A stretch of DNA of 64,000 bases. Origin: an uncultured Nitrososphaerota archaeon. GTDB taxonomy: Archaea > Thermoproteota > Nitrososphaeria > Nitrososphaerales > Gagatemarchaeaceae. Positions 19,808 to 30,757 of this stretch are shown here, piece by piece; positions within the stretch are counted from its first letter, which is position 1, and every line of letters begins with the position of its first letter. Location: contig CAVRAG010000007.1 in NCBI GenBank assembly GCA_963718895.1, forward strand, positions 608,001 through 672,000, read 5' to 3'. The notes under the pieces were generated by a model, which made no database searches, was not told the origin of the DNA, and saw nothing but the letters and a program-made list of their open reading frames with translations. Position numbers and translations under genes: made by a program.

Positions 19808-20602
19808 ATGGGTGCAGGACCAAATCCACCGGACCCCTCGTTTTCAGGACCAGAGGGTGAAAGGGGTCCCAAGCCCAAGGAGCCGCTAAAGGGACGGGCT
19901 GGCGAGAGGTACCAGGAGAAGCACCATCACATCCGCGGGAGGGACCTGATCTCCTCCTCCGCGCTGGGCCTTGCAGACGGGCTCGTGACGAACCTCGCGT
20001 TCCTGGCCGGCCTCGGCGGGGCGGCGGAGAGCCTGAGCCTTATCAGGTTCGCGGGCCTCGCGGCCGTGGTGGCGGGGTCGGTCTCGATGTTCTTCGGGGG
20101 GGTCCTCGGGGCCCGTTCGGAGCTGGACCTTTTCCACGCCGACTCGAAGCGAGAGGCCTTCGAGATCGAGAACGAACGAGACGAGGAGGTGCAGGAGCTC
20201 AAGAACCTGTACATGGACAAGGGGCTAACCGAAAGCGAGGCCGATATGGTCGTCGCCAGGGTCTCGGAGAACAAGGAGAGGTTCCTTGAGGACATGCTGG
20301 CCAACGAACTTCACATCCACAGGTCTCACCTCGAGAAGCCGTACAAGGTCGGACTCGTAATCGGGCTCTCCTTCCTCCTCGGTGCACTCGTCCCCCTCAT
20401 TCCCTACTACCTAACGACGCAGAACGCAATCTCGGTGACCGCTTCGGTGATTTTCTCTCTCTCCTTCCTCTTCGTCGCAGGCGCCTGGAAGGGGCGGATC
20501 GTGGGCAGGGAGATCTGGAGGAGCGGACTCGAGACGCTGCTTGTGGGTGCGGCAGCCGCTGTGATCCTGTTTGTAATCGGCACGTCGTCCACGTTCCTCT
20601 GA
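19808..20602 (+). CDS. VIT1/CCC1-family Fe/Mn transporter
   Basis: LGLADGLVT, AGSVSMFFG, REAFEIENERDEEVQEL, SFLLGALVPLIPY. Confidence 0.92.
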   Translation: MGAGPNPPDPSFSGPEGERGPKPKEPLKGRAGERYQEKHHHIRGRDLISSSALGLADGLVTNLAFLAGLGGAAESLSLIRFAGLAAVVAGSVSMFFGGVLGARSELDLFHADSKREAFEIENERDEEVQELKNLYMDKGLTESEADMVVARVSENKERFLEDMLANELHIHRSHLEKPYKVGLVIGLSFLLGALVPLIPYYLTTQNAISVTASVIFSLSFLFVAGAWKGRIVGREIWRSGLETLLVGAAAAVILFVIGTSSTFL

Positions 20603-20654
20603 GGGACCACCCCCGAGCCTTGGACCATCGCCCTCCGTCTCGGCCCACGGCGGC

Positions 20655-21789
20655 TCAGAGGCAGACCGTCTCGATCATGCGTCTGTAGACAGACCCCGCT
20701 CTCTTGATCTGCCGGACCGGAGCGTATTCATCGACCGTGTGGGCCTGTCTGACGCTGCCGGGACCCAGGACGATCGTTGGCGTCCCGAGCTCGGAGTAGA
20801 CGGGCGCCTCGGTGCCGTAGGGCGCGACCCCTGATCCCGCGGCGGTCAGCGACTCGGTCAACCTCACGACCTCGGCAGCCCGGGGGACGGAGAGCGCGGG
20901 CGTCTCGTAGAGGACCTCCACCCTCGCCTTGAATTCTTTGTCCTTTCTGTGGAGTTCCCCGATGACGGAGTTCAGCTCATGGAGGACTTCCCTGGTCCCG
21001 ACCGCCGGTATCAGCCTCGAATCGATGGTGAGCTCACAGGAACCGGGAGTTACGTTGCTCTTCGTCCCTCCGTTTATGACGGTGGGGGTCAGAATGGTGT
21101 GCCCGAGGTCTGGGTCTCTGGCTGACGCAAGCCTCGCTCGGACGGTTCTGAGGGACTCTCAGGAAGAGCGCGCACTTCTCGATGGAGTTTATTCCAAGCG
21201 ACGGGTCTCCGGCGTGGGCGCTGTGGCCATCGAAGATGACCCGGCACGTCAGACCCCCCCTGTGCGCTCTCACGACCTTCATCTCGGTCGGCTCCCCGAC
21301 GACGCCGCAGCGGGCCCTGACCTGTCTCAGGCTCCCGTCGTGGACGAGGGCCTCGAGCCCGTCGAACCCGACCTCCTCTCCGGCCGTCGCGACGAAATTG
21401 AGGGAGCGCTTCAGCCGTCTCCCCTTCGTGGAAGCGATAGCGGCGAGCATAGCGGCGAGACCGGACTTCATGTCTGCTGACCCTCTCCCGTAGAGCCTCC
21501 CGTTGCTGACTCTCGCCTCGAAGGGCGGGGACGACCAGGCTCCCGGGTCTTCGACCGGCACCACGTCCATGTGACCGGCAAGAAGGAGGCCCGGAGGACT
21601 CTCGCCGAACGTAGCCATGAGGTTGGAACGGCCCTCGGCGAACCTCCGAAGCTCGACCTCGGCACCCTCGATGTGAAGGTCATGGAGGAAGTCTCCGATG
21701 AATCGCGCGCACTCCTCTTCGTTTCCAGGGGGGGCCCCCGTATTGAAGGATATCAGCGAAGACGCGAGCTCCAGAAGCTCCATGCTCAT
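20655..21789 (-). CDS. M20 metallopeptidase / ArgE-DapE-like deacylase (frameshifted)
   Basis: GHMDVVP, LYGRGSADMKSG, GEE, GEPT, GHSAH; C-terminal GPGSVRQAHTVDEY in another frame. Confidence 0.88.
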
Positions 21790-21859
21790 CGAGATGGGGC
21801 CATCCTAAATGAAGTTCGCGGAAGCAAGCTTATTGCACAGGTCCGGCGCCGGGACCCGG

Positions 21860-22640
21860 ATGGAGCGCGCCGTCCGCCTGAAAGGGGTAGTCTTGGAGTA
21901 TTCGGGGACGACGGCTCTCCGAGGCATCGACTGGGTCGTCGGGGGAGGCGAGAGCTGGGCCGTGATAGGTCCGAACGGTGCGGGGAAGACGAGCCTGATG
22001 AGCATAATCGACGGCTATCAGTGGCCGTCAAAGGGCGAGGTCGAGATCCTCGGGAACAGGTTCGGGGAGACCGACCTAAGAGACCTCCGCGCCCGTATCG
22101 GCATGGTCAGCGCTTACCTCGAGGGCTGGATACCCGGGAGACGAGAAGGTCCTAGACCTGGTCATGAGCGGGAAGTACGGCTCGACTAGGATATGGAGGA
22201 AGGCGGAGCCGGCGGAGGCCCGAAGGGCCGCCTCTCTCTTGGAGGGCCTCGGGTGCGGCGCTCACGTCGGGAAGATGGTCAAGGAGCTCTCCCAGGGTGA
22301 GAGACAGAAGGTGATGATCGCGAGGGCTCTGATGGCGAACGCCGGCCTGCTCCTCCTTGACGAGCCCTGCGAGGGCCTGGACCTGGGGGCGCGCGAGCAG
22401 TTCCTCGACGGCCTCTCGAGGCTCGCAAGGCGGGGCCGCACGGCCATGGTCTATGTGACCCACCGCACCGACGAGATTCCCTCGGGCTTCACCCACGCGC
22501 TCCTCCTCAAGGCTGGGAGGGTCCTCGCGTCTGGGCCCATCGAGGACACCCTGACGGGGAGGAACCTCAGCCTCTGCTTCGACGTGAAAGTGAAGGTCGA
22601 TACCGTGAACGGCAGGTACTACACCATAGTCTCCGGCTAG
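21860..22640 (+). CDS. ABC transporter ATP-binding protein, ModF-like (frameshift near 22140)
   Basis: GPNGAGKTS, LSQGERQK, LLLDEP, VTH. Confidence 0.9.
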
Positions 22641-22698
22641 GCGAGAGAAGACCAATGCCCTTTTATCGCAAGCGGCCCTCGTCGAGTGCGAACTAGCT

Positions 22699-23427
22699 TT
22701 GTGGGAGAGAATTGAGGTCGATGGGAAGCCGGCGCTGAAGGACCCCGTCCTAATCGTGTCACTCTCCACGAATCTCTCCGAGTACAAGCCCATGTACTCA
22801 CAGGCAAGGGAACTCGGGAACTTCATGCTGAAGGAGATGGAGTTCACGAAGATCGCGACCATCTACTCCTCCGCCTTTCCTCCGGTCGCCGTGATAGCCG
22901 ACGATGGGACGGTCCGGTTGAGCTCGGCCGAGTTTTACAGCCACAGCGCCGGGCGCGACATCGTGCTTCTCGCTGGTGACTCCTCGCCCCACGACAACCA
23001 GTACGAGTTCGCCGAGGCGGTGCTGCGGTACGCGCTGGGCCTCGGCGTGAAGGAGATGATATCGATTGGGACCCGGTGGACCGAGCAGGCTGCGCCTCCC
23101 TCGTCAATCCCCAAGCTTACCGGGTTCGCGAGCGACGGGGCCGGCGTCGAGGTTCTCAGAGGCCACGGAATCGAGATGGTCAAGGACGAGCCGGCGCCGT
23201 TCTTCTCCTCGCTCATAGTGGGCATGGCCGAGAAGTTCGGCATGAGAGGCTACAAGATATCCGTCGACCACGGAGAGCCGATCCCGCACCCCCTCTCGGT
23301 TATCCAGCTGGCAGGTGTGCTCGAGAAGATGCTCGGTATACACCTGCGCACCGCAGAACTCGAGGCCAAGGCGCAAGAGATGGCGAGGGAGGTCCAGTCC
23401 GTCAGCACCCCTGGAGACGCCGCGTGA
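22699..23427 (+). CDS. PAC2-family proteasome assembly chaperone
   Basis: IYSSAFPP, LLAGDSSP..QYEFAEAVL, GVKEMISIG, LEKMLGI. Confidence 0.75.
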   Translation: MWERIEVDGKPALKDPVLIVSLSTNLSEYKPMYSQARELGNFMLKEMEFTKIATIYSSAFPPVAVIADDGTVRLSSAEFYSHSAGRDIVLLAGDSSPHDNQYEFAEAVLRYALGLGVKEMISIGTRWTEQAAPPSSIPKLTGFASDGAGVEVLRGHGIEMVKDEPAPFFSSLIVGMAEKFGMRGYKISVDHGEPIPHPLSVIQLAGVLEKMLGIHLRTAELEAKAQEMAREVQSVSTPGDAA

Positions 23428-23482
23428 GCGATCCGGTGTCTACGGCTAAACTCATAAATAGAGCGGAGGGGATGAAAATATC

Positions 23483-23821
23483 ATGTCCTCTGAAGAGGTA
23501 GATATGAAGGAGATTCAGCGCGAGCTCTCCAAGGTGATCGACCCCGAGATTGGCGTGCCGATCATGGAGATGAACCTGATCGACAAGCTGGACGTCAAGG
23601 ACGGAAGCGTAGACATCCAGTATCACGCCACCACCCCATACTGCCCACCCATATTCGCCCTGAAGATCTCGCAGGACATGAAGTCCAATGTCGAGCACGT
23701 CAAGGGCGTCAAGAGCGTGCGCGTCACTGTGAGCGGCCACTACCTCTCCGACGCGGTCAACAGGCAGGTCAACAAGACCGCGGCGCCTGCAGCGGCGGCC
23801 GCCCAACCCCCAAGCCCATAG
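23483..23821 (+). CDS. DUF59/MIP18/SufT-like Fe-S assembly factor
   Basis: VIDPEIGVPIMEMNLI and TTPYCP. Confidence 0.9.
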   Translation: MSSEEVDMKEIQRELSKVIDPEIGVPIMEMNLIDKLDVKDGSVDIQYHATTPYCPPIFALKISQDMKSNVEHVKGVKSVRVTVSGHYLSDAVNRQVNKTAAPAAAAAQPPSP

Positions 23822-23842
23822 CCACGACGCCGGTGGGTCGCC

Positions 23843-24160
23843 ATGGGCGGGGAACCTGACCTCAGCCGCCTCGAGGATGCGGTCCAGAGGGCCGGCGAGT
23901 CCCTCGCCGCCGCTGGTGCGAGCAAGTCGGCGAAGCAGGAGACGCTCAGGGGCATCTTCAGGATGAATCACGAGATTGGAAGAATCGCAAGGGAGTTCCC
24001 TTCGATCACACCGGCCCTGAGGGAGATGCAGCTCGATGTCAACTTCGTGACCATCAGGGTCAAGAGGGACGAACCAGAAGAAGCGAGAGCGGGGTTTGAG
24101 AGAGTAGTATCCCAGCTCAAGAAGGTCAGGGACATCCGGGCAGCTATCCCACAGGACTAG
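23843..24160 (+). CDS. Hypothetical helical protein
   Basis: 105-aa ORF in an operon-like position. Confidence 0.6.
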   Translation: MGGEPDLSRLEDAVQRAGESLAAAGASKSAKQETLRGIFRMNHEIGRIAREFPSITPALREMQLDVNFVTIRVKRDEPEEARAGFERVVSQLKKVRDIRAAIPQD

Positions 24161-24208
24161 AGGTCGGGTTCAGAAGGGATTAATAGCGAGAGGGAGGATT
24201 ATTCCGCG

Positions 24209-24642
24209 TTGACCAAGGGCGCCGACAGCGACTTCACGAGGGTCAAGGTCGCAGAGGTGGGGTTCACCGACGAGAGCGGAGCGGAGGGCCTCGTCCTGCT
24301 CAAGTCCGACGCAGGCAGAGCTTTCGCCATGCGCGCCTTCTCCGGGGAGAGCGCTATGCACATGCAGAGGTTCAGCCGAGGCGACCGATCCTCGATTCCC
24401 TCGGTCTTCAACATGATCGAGGAACTTGCGGACAACGAGGGCCTGCACCTCAGCGGCGTCGAGGTCTACCCGGCCGGCGATGTGCTCCGGGCCGACATGC
24501 AGTTCCTTGGAAAAGGCAAAGACCGGCTTCTCGGAGGGTACGGGCCTCCGACGCAATCGCACTCGCGCTTCTCTACGAGGCGCCCATAATGCTGCACAGA
24601 TCGCTCCTCGAGTCTGAAAGGGAAGAAGGTTCCCAGGCCTGA
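24209..24642 (+). CDS. Bifunctional nuclease / DUF151 family (frameshift near 24540)
   Basis: N-terminus GLVLLKSDAGRAFAM; the shifted frame reads ASDAIALALLYEAPIML. Confidence 0.75.
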
Positions 24643-24769
24643 ACGAACGCCTCAAAAAGAGATAAATCGCCAAAGACGGGGCGACGTGCAGCCTTGGTCA
24701 CGCTAACCCGAGAACGCGGTCTTCAGCTGCGGGGCGGAGTGGCTGAGTTGGGAGGAGTGAGGAGTCAGG

Positions 24770-25792
24770 ATGGTCCTCTCCCTGGGCAAGCTCCCGCCCG
24801 AGGTGCTGAACAGGTACCTGCTCGGGATGACCGGCGCGCCTTCGTCGGACCTCGTGGTGCCCCCCTCGATAGGCGTCGACTTCGGCGTGATAAGGCAGGG
24901 GAGGAACTACCTTATCGTTTCGTCCGACCCCGTGACAGGAGTCAAGGAGAGGGTCGGGTGGTACGCGGTGAACGTCAGCGCCAACGACGTCGCGACGAGC
25001 GGGAACAGACCGACGTTCATCCAGTCGATCATCCTCCTCCCCGAGGACGCCACCGTCGGGATGGTCGCGAGGATCTCCAGAGAGATGCACCGGACCGCCT
25101 CCGAGCTCGGCATCACCATCGTGGGCGGACACACAGAGCTGACCCCCGGGCTCAAGCGGCCGATAGTGGTCACGACCGCCTTCGCGGTAGCCGGGTCGTT
25201 CGTCACGGCGGCGGACGCGAGGAACGGGGACACGATCATGCTCACCAAGACCGCGGCGGTGGAGGGGACAGCCATCTGCGCCTCCGACTCATCCAGGTTC
25301 GGAGAAGAGGTCGACCCTGCGATGATAAGGAGCGGCGAGGGGCTTCTACAGGAAGCTGAGCGTGGTGGACGAGGCGACCGCGGCCTTCGCCGCGGGCGGG
25401 GTGCACGCAATGCACGACTGCACCGAGGGGGGCGTGCTCGGGGCCGTCTACGAGATGTCTTATGCCTCGAGTCTCGGGTTCGAACTGGATGAGCGGAGCA
25501 TCCCTCTCGCAAAGGAGACGGCGTACGTCTGCTCGAAGCTCGGCCTCGACCCGCTGCGGCTCATCAGCTCGGGGACGCTCCTCCTCGCGGTGAAGGCAGG
25601 TGCCGAGGAGAAGGTCGCAAGGGCGGTCCGGGCCGTCGGGGTCGACCGCGACGGCCGTGGGGAGGTTCGCCAAGGGCGAAAGGGTGCTCGTGAGAAAGGA
25701 CGGGAGACGGGAGACCGTCCTGGAGCCGCCCGACCGACGAGCTCTGGAAGCTCGTCGACGCGAAAGGGCATCTGAAGGAGGTTCAGCCGTGA
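24770..25792 (+). CDS. AIR-synthase-related (HypE/ThiL-like) protein, multiply frameshifted
   Basis: GKLPPE, SSDPVTG, NDVATSG, IVGGHTE, AMHDCTEGG, DPLRLISSGTLL, terminal DELW. Confidence 0.85.
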
Positions 25793-26004
25793 TACCGCAG
25801 GAAGAACGTGAGGGCTATCAGGACAGCCAGAGCGCCCACCATGAGGAGGAGCGTCAGCCTCCTGTAGTTCTTCATCTTCCTCTGGGCCTCCTCGTCCATG
25901 TCCCTGCACGTGTCGGAGCAGTAGTCCTTTGCGGGCGCTATCGAGATCCCGCACACGGGACAGTGTTTGTGGGCAGGGACGCTCCCGCTGGCCTTCAGGG
26001 ACAA
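25783..26004 (-). CDS. DUF2116-like zinc-ribbon membrane protein
   Basis: HKHCPVCGISI...YCSDTC followed by one TM helix. Confidence 0.85.
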   Translation of the reverse strand: MSLKASGSVPAHKHCPVCGISIAPAKDYCSDTCRDMDEEAQRKMKNYRRLTLLLMVGALAVLIALTFFLRYHG

Positions 26005-26047
26005 CGCGCGGGACCGCCGGGCCAGCCGGTTAATAGTCTTGCAGGCG

Positions 26048-26477
26048 TCAGTAGGGTGGAGCCTGCAGCCTCGCGATGGTCGTCGAGACGCGGTTGATGT
26101 ACTCCTCGAGGCTGGGCCAGGATCGTCCGCGACGTGATGACGCCGAGGACCTTGTCGTCCTGAATCACCAGCACCCTCCTCACCCCGCGCTCAGTCATCG
26201 TCTTGGCGACGGACTCGAGGCCGTCGCTCCCCTTGACCGTGATCAGCCCGGGCGTCATGATGTCCGCGATGGTCACCTCGCCAGGGTCCTTGCCCTCGGC
26301 GACTATCTTGGACAGGTAGTCCCACTCGGTCACGATCCCCTCCGCGGAGACCCCGTCGGAGACGATGACGAAACCCTGGTGCTTCTCCTTCATCATCTTG
26401 GCGGCCTCGAGCGCGTTGGTCTGTCTGGGAAGGGAGAGGAATACCGGCTCGGCGACGTCCTTGGCGAAGAGGACCAT
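26048..26477 (-). CDS. CBS-pair protein (frameshift near the C-terminus)
   Basis: GIVTEWD..IADIMT...VLGVITSR; the shifted frame ends at TGA 26048. Confidence 0.85.
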
Positions 26478-26489
26478 CCCTAGGCAGAA

Positions 26490-27924
26490 TCAGTGGCGGT
26501 ATAGATAATGGTTTCCTTGGCGTCGGGGACCGGTCTGGGACGCCGGGATCGCGGCTATCAGGCTGATGGCCCCGAAGATGAGGAACGCCTTGTGCATGGC
26601 ATCGATGAAGACCCCTATGCTCAGGCTTCCAGCTGGAGGAGGAAGCCCCGCGAAGATCGCCTGGAGGGAGGTCAGAGGGACCGAAGCGCTGAAAATCGCG
26701 AAGACGAGCCCAAGGCTGACGAGGGAACCGACGCTGAAGAGCGTGGAGGAGACCCCCGAGGCCACTCCCCGCCTTGCGGGAGGGACGGCGTTCATGATGG
26801 CGGCGACGTTCGGGGCGAAGAACATGCCCCCGCCGGCCCCTGCGAGGACCATCGGGAGGGTCAGGGTGAGGTACGGGACCCCAAAAGGAAGCGTCGAGAA
26901 CCAGAGGAGCGCTATCCCGGAGAGGACCAGCCCGGTGGGCGCGAAGAGCCTCGGACCGAACCTGTCCGAGAGCGCGCCGCTCAGAGGACCCACTATCACG
27001 AAGGCGACCGAGAACGGCAGGAGGAGGAGGCCCGCCTTGAAGGCGTCGTAGAGCAGGGCTCCCTGGAAGTAGAAGATCAGAATCAGGAATATCGAACTGC
27101 GCGATATCGACGTCAGGAGGTTGGCGAGCGCGCCAGCCGAGAACGCGCGAATCCTGAACAGGCGGACGTCCATCATGGGGTTCTGTACCCGCGTCTCGAC
27201 GAACGCGAAGACCGAGATCATCGCGCCCCCCACCGCCATCAGGAGGTAGTCCGTCGTCGCCCACCCCTGTATCGCCCCCAGCGTCAGCCCCACGAGGAAG
27301 CTGGTGAGCCCCACCCCGAACAGGACGTTCCCGAGCGGGTCGAGCTTCTCGCCCTTGAGGCGAGGGTTGAGGTCCTTGAGCTTGACGTAGGCCCAGACGG
27401 TGGCGAACGCGCCCGGAGCGAGGTTGATCCAGAATATCGACCTCCATCCGAGGAAGGTCGTGAGGACGCCGCCCGCCACCAGGCCCAGTATGGACCCGGA
27501 GACCCCGGCGACCTGGTTGATCCCCAGCGCCCTACCCCTCTCCGTCGCCGGGAAGACGTCGGTCAGTATCGCTGCGTTGTTGGCCCAGATCAGAGCCGCG
27601 CCCAGACCTTGGACCAGGCGCATGAGCACCAGCAGGAGACCGTCCGGCGCGACGCTGCAGAGCCCCGAACCTATCGTGAAGATAGCGAACCCCAGGTTGT
27701 AGAGCCTCACCCGGCCGAAGACGTCTCCCAGCCTCCCTATCGTCAGGAGCACGGTCGCCGTGACAAGCGTGTATCCCATTATGATCCAGATCCCGTAGAA
27801 CGTCGGCGTACCCGGGGAGCTGCCTGAGGATGGTAGGGAGCGAGATTAGAACGATGTTGGCGTCGAGCTGGGACATGAACGCGCCGATGGTGGTGTTAGT
27901 GAGAACGACGTACCTGTATTGCAA
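26490..27924 (-). CDS. DHA2 (EmrB/QacA)-type MFS transporter (frameshifts near 27790-27810)
   Basis: LDANIVLISLP, GRLGDVFGR, WRSIFWINL; about 14 TM segments. Confidence 0.92.
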
Positions 27925-28037
27925 TCACTCGCCTTCTTCTCCCCGCTCTCAAGCCCGAATTCGAACCGGTATTTTACCGATTGGCCCGCTCTGGCCAGAG
28001 CGGGCGCCGGACCGTCGCCAGGAGGCCATCGGTCGCA

Positions 28038-29383
28038 CTAGCCGGGATGGACAGCCGCCCAGATCTTCTCCGCAATGGAGAGGACCAGCCCGTCCTGGCC
28101 GTGCCTCGCAACCACCTGGAGAGCGGTCGGCATCGACTGTCCCGCCTTGTTGATGGGTATGCTGAGGGCGGGGAGGCCGGTCATGTTGAAGAACTCGGTG
28201 TTCCGCAGAAGGAGGAACCGGATGCGCCCCGTCTCGCTTCCGAGGACCTCGTCGATCCTCGGGGCTGCAATCAGGCAGGTCGGCATGATCAGCGCGTCAA
28301 TCCCTTCGAGTAGTCTGGGCACCTCGCGGAGCGACTCAGCCCTGAGGCCCGTGGATCGCATGTACTCTATCATCCCGGTCCTTAGGCCACCGTCCATGAG
28401 TTTCAGGACATCCTGGTGCATTCTCCGCCTCAGCTTTGGGGTGCGGAGGATCGCCTCATAGAACCAGGAGGACTCCCTGACCGTTATGACGGCGCGGGCC
28501 CTGGAGTAGCGGGCATAGTTCCCTTCGGCCTTGGAGTCCTTCACGTCGAACCTTCCGTCGCCCCTGAGCCTCTCGACGACGCCTTCGAAGCTCTTGGATA
28601 CGGTCTCGTCCATATCCTCGGTGAAATACCTCGTCGGTACTCCCAGGCGTGGACGCGACTTTCTGCGGCATCGCCACCCCGGTGAGGGCCTGGAACGCGT
28701 ACGACATGTCGGGTACCGTCTTGGTCAGGAGCCCCAGGTGGTCGAGGGAAGGGCTCAAGGGGAAGACGCCGTCGGTGCTGAGGAGGCCCTGTGACGGCTT
28801 GAAGCCGCACACGCCGCAGAGCGCGGCGGGAATCCGCACCGAGCCACCGGTGTCGCTCCCGATGCTCAGGATAGGCCCCTTCGAGAGCGCGACCGAGACC
28901 GCTGAGCCACCGCTCGACCCGCCTGAGACTCGGGAGGGGTCGGAGGCGTTGTGGATCGGCCCGCCATATCCGCTGGTCCCCGTAACCCCGAGGGCGAGTT
29001 CGTGGAGGTTGGTTTTGCCGAGCGGGACACATCCGGCACCGAGCAGGCTGTCGACGATCTCAGCGTTTGCCGGGGGAAGGAAATCACCGAAAGACGGCCG
29101 ACCCATCGGTCGTCGGAAACCCGGCCAGGAAGACGTTGTCTTTGATCGTAACAGGGACGCCCTGGAGGGACGGTGTCGGTCCCCTGCGGCCCTTTGCGAG
29201 CCGTCCGTCGAGCTCTCGCGCCCGTGAGAGTGCGAGTCCGTGGTCGCCTGAGAAGACCGTGATGAACGTGTTGAACTTCCGATCGTAGGTCCCGATGTTC
29301 GAGAGTTCCTCTCCGACGCGCTCCTCGCAGGTGAGCTCACCGGCGAGCAGACCGTCCCGATATCGTTCCAGCCCCGACACCAC
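28038..29383 (-). CDS. Amidase-signature family protein (frameshifted)
   Basis: LQGVPVTIKD, GKTNLHE, GGSSGGS, GSDTGGSVRIPAA, FNMTGLPALSIP. Confidence 0.9.
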
Positions 29384-29461
29384 TTGTTTCGTGACAGACG
29401 TCCCGTTTCACTTCGATATTAACTGGGTGGAATGTGGATTATTCATGCAGAGCGAGGAGCC

Positions 29462-30098
29462 CTAGTATCTCCCTTGAAAGCTGCTCTGCGCTGGCATGGT
29501 CGGTGCCCAGGACCAGACGGGGTTTACCACGAAGGGGATGTTGTTGGCGGGTTGCGACGTTACCGAGAGACTCAGGACGACGTAGAAGCCCGATGGAATT
29601 CCGGGAAAGTCAGCGGGACTGATCGAACCTCTAACCTGACTTGCGGGGGCACTTATGCCCCACGCTCCGACGTAGGTCTCGTTCAGCGACTTCCAGACGG
29701 TGCTGTTGTTGATCCAGCCCAGGTTCACGTGGCCGCCGGAGAAGGTCATTGTGAGGTTGTTAGGGGAGAGGACGAAGCTGCTCACGGAGAAGTCGTGCTG
29801 CTGGAGCGTATCGGTGCCGTTGCCCAGGATCGTGAGGTTCATCGTCCCGGCGCCGGAGACAGCGGTTAGCGTCACGTTGTACGTTGCGGCGACATACGTC
29901 TGCAGATCCCCCGGGGCTCAACGACCCAGCGCTACTCACGAACAGTGTGCCCGCCAGGGAAGCCGTTCCTGTCGGGGCGCCGTTGAGATAGATTGACCCA
30001 GCCACCAGGGCCACTCCCACAATCACTCCGATGACCAGGATGATGAGAAAGGTCCTCCCGGTTATCCTCCTCTCAGGCTTGCTCTGCGCCAGAGTCAA
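29462..30098 (-). CDS. Membrane-anchored extracellular Ser/Thr/Asn-rich protein (frameshift near 29890)
   Basis: N-terminal TM (ORF 29760-30098) joined to a beta-rich domain with several NxS/T sequons (ORF 29462-29875). Confidence 0.6.
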
Positions 30099-30252
30099 AT
30101 TCCCGCAGGGCTACCCCGGATACACTATTTCAGGAGTTCCACGGGGGGCGGGCCTCGGTAGGTGGTGGTTGGCGGGCGTCCTGCAGATTTGCGCTTTTGT
30201 TCACTAATCATGACATGGGCCCTTTTGCAGGTTTGGAGTGAACGTGTGGGCG

Positions 30253-30537
30253 ATGTCAGCACCGAAAACCTCCACGATACAAGGCCAGGCCCAGCCCGCA
30301 CCAGGCATGTCGAAGCTCAAGAAGGTCGAGTGGTATGCGGGCCAGCTCATCGCCGACGCCGCGGCCAAGGAGAAGTCGGGCAGCATCGAAGAGGCAATAG
30401 TGCTCTATCTCAACGCGGCTGACGTCCTGCTCCTCCTCGCCAAGGGACAGGACAACTACACCGTATGGAAGGGGTACTCAGACAGGGCGATACAGTGCCA
30501 GCAAAGGTCCCGCGTTCTCATGGCCTCGAGAAAGTAG
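30253..30537 (+). CDS. Stand-alone MIT-domain-like protein
   Basis: A..LIADAAAKEKSG.IEEAI.LY..AADVL....Y..RA..C..R..VL matches the three-helix MIT pattern of Vps4/CdvC N-termini. Confidence 0.65.
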   Translation: MSAPKTSTIQGQAQPAPGMSKLKKVEWYAGQLIADAAAKEKSGSIEEAIVLYLNAADVLLLLAKGQDNYTVWKGYSDRAIQCQQRSRVLMASRK

Positions 30538-30544
30538 CTTATCC

Positions 30545-30730
30545 CTAGCCCGCAGGCGCGCGGTCGTCTCTGCCGACTAGGTGCCGCTCGAAGAGAAACA
30601 TGGCCACCCCGAGAGCGACGATGACCACCGCCAAGACGGTGTTCACCAGTATGGTCGCGAGCCCCAGGACGATCATCAGCACGGTAGCATACCGAGCGAA
30701 GCGGCTGCTCCTTACCCTCGGCTTGCTCAT
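30545..30730 (-). CDS. Small two-TM membrane protein
   Basis: 61 aa; basic N-terminus followed by a hydrophobic hairpin. Confidence 0.6.
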   Translation of the reverse strand: MSKPRVRSSRFARYATVLMIVLGLATILVNTVLAVVIVALGVAMFLFERHLVGRDDRAPAG

Positions 30731-30757
30731 GTCAGATGTGTGGACCTCTGCCCAGCC

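Noticed and set aside
26191-27827. Long alternate-frame and antisense ORFs over the MFS gene (similar cases at 5389-6423, 6263-7444, 57683-58909)
   Set aside because: Arg/Gly/Pro-rich shadow frames expected in high-GC coding DNA.
27950-27970. tRNA T-arm-like sequence (GGTTCGAAT on the minus strand) as an att site
   Set aside because: No acceptor stem, no match to the tRNA-Arg 3' end, and no integrase in the window.
28038-29383. gatA
   Set aside because: Only the generic amidase signature is present, and no gatB or gatC is nearby.
30180-30243. Pseudoknot-like pairing upstream of the MIT-like gene
   Set aside because: Stems of 7-8 bp partly built on the self-complementary TGCA; insufficient without covariation data.
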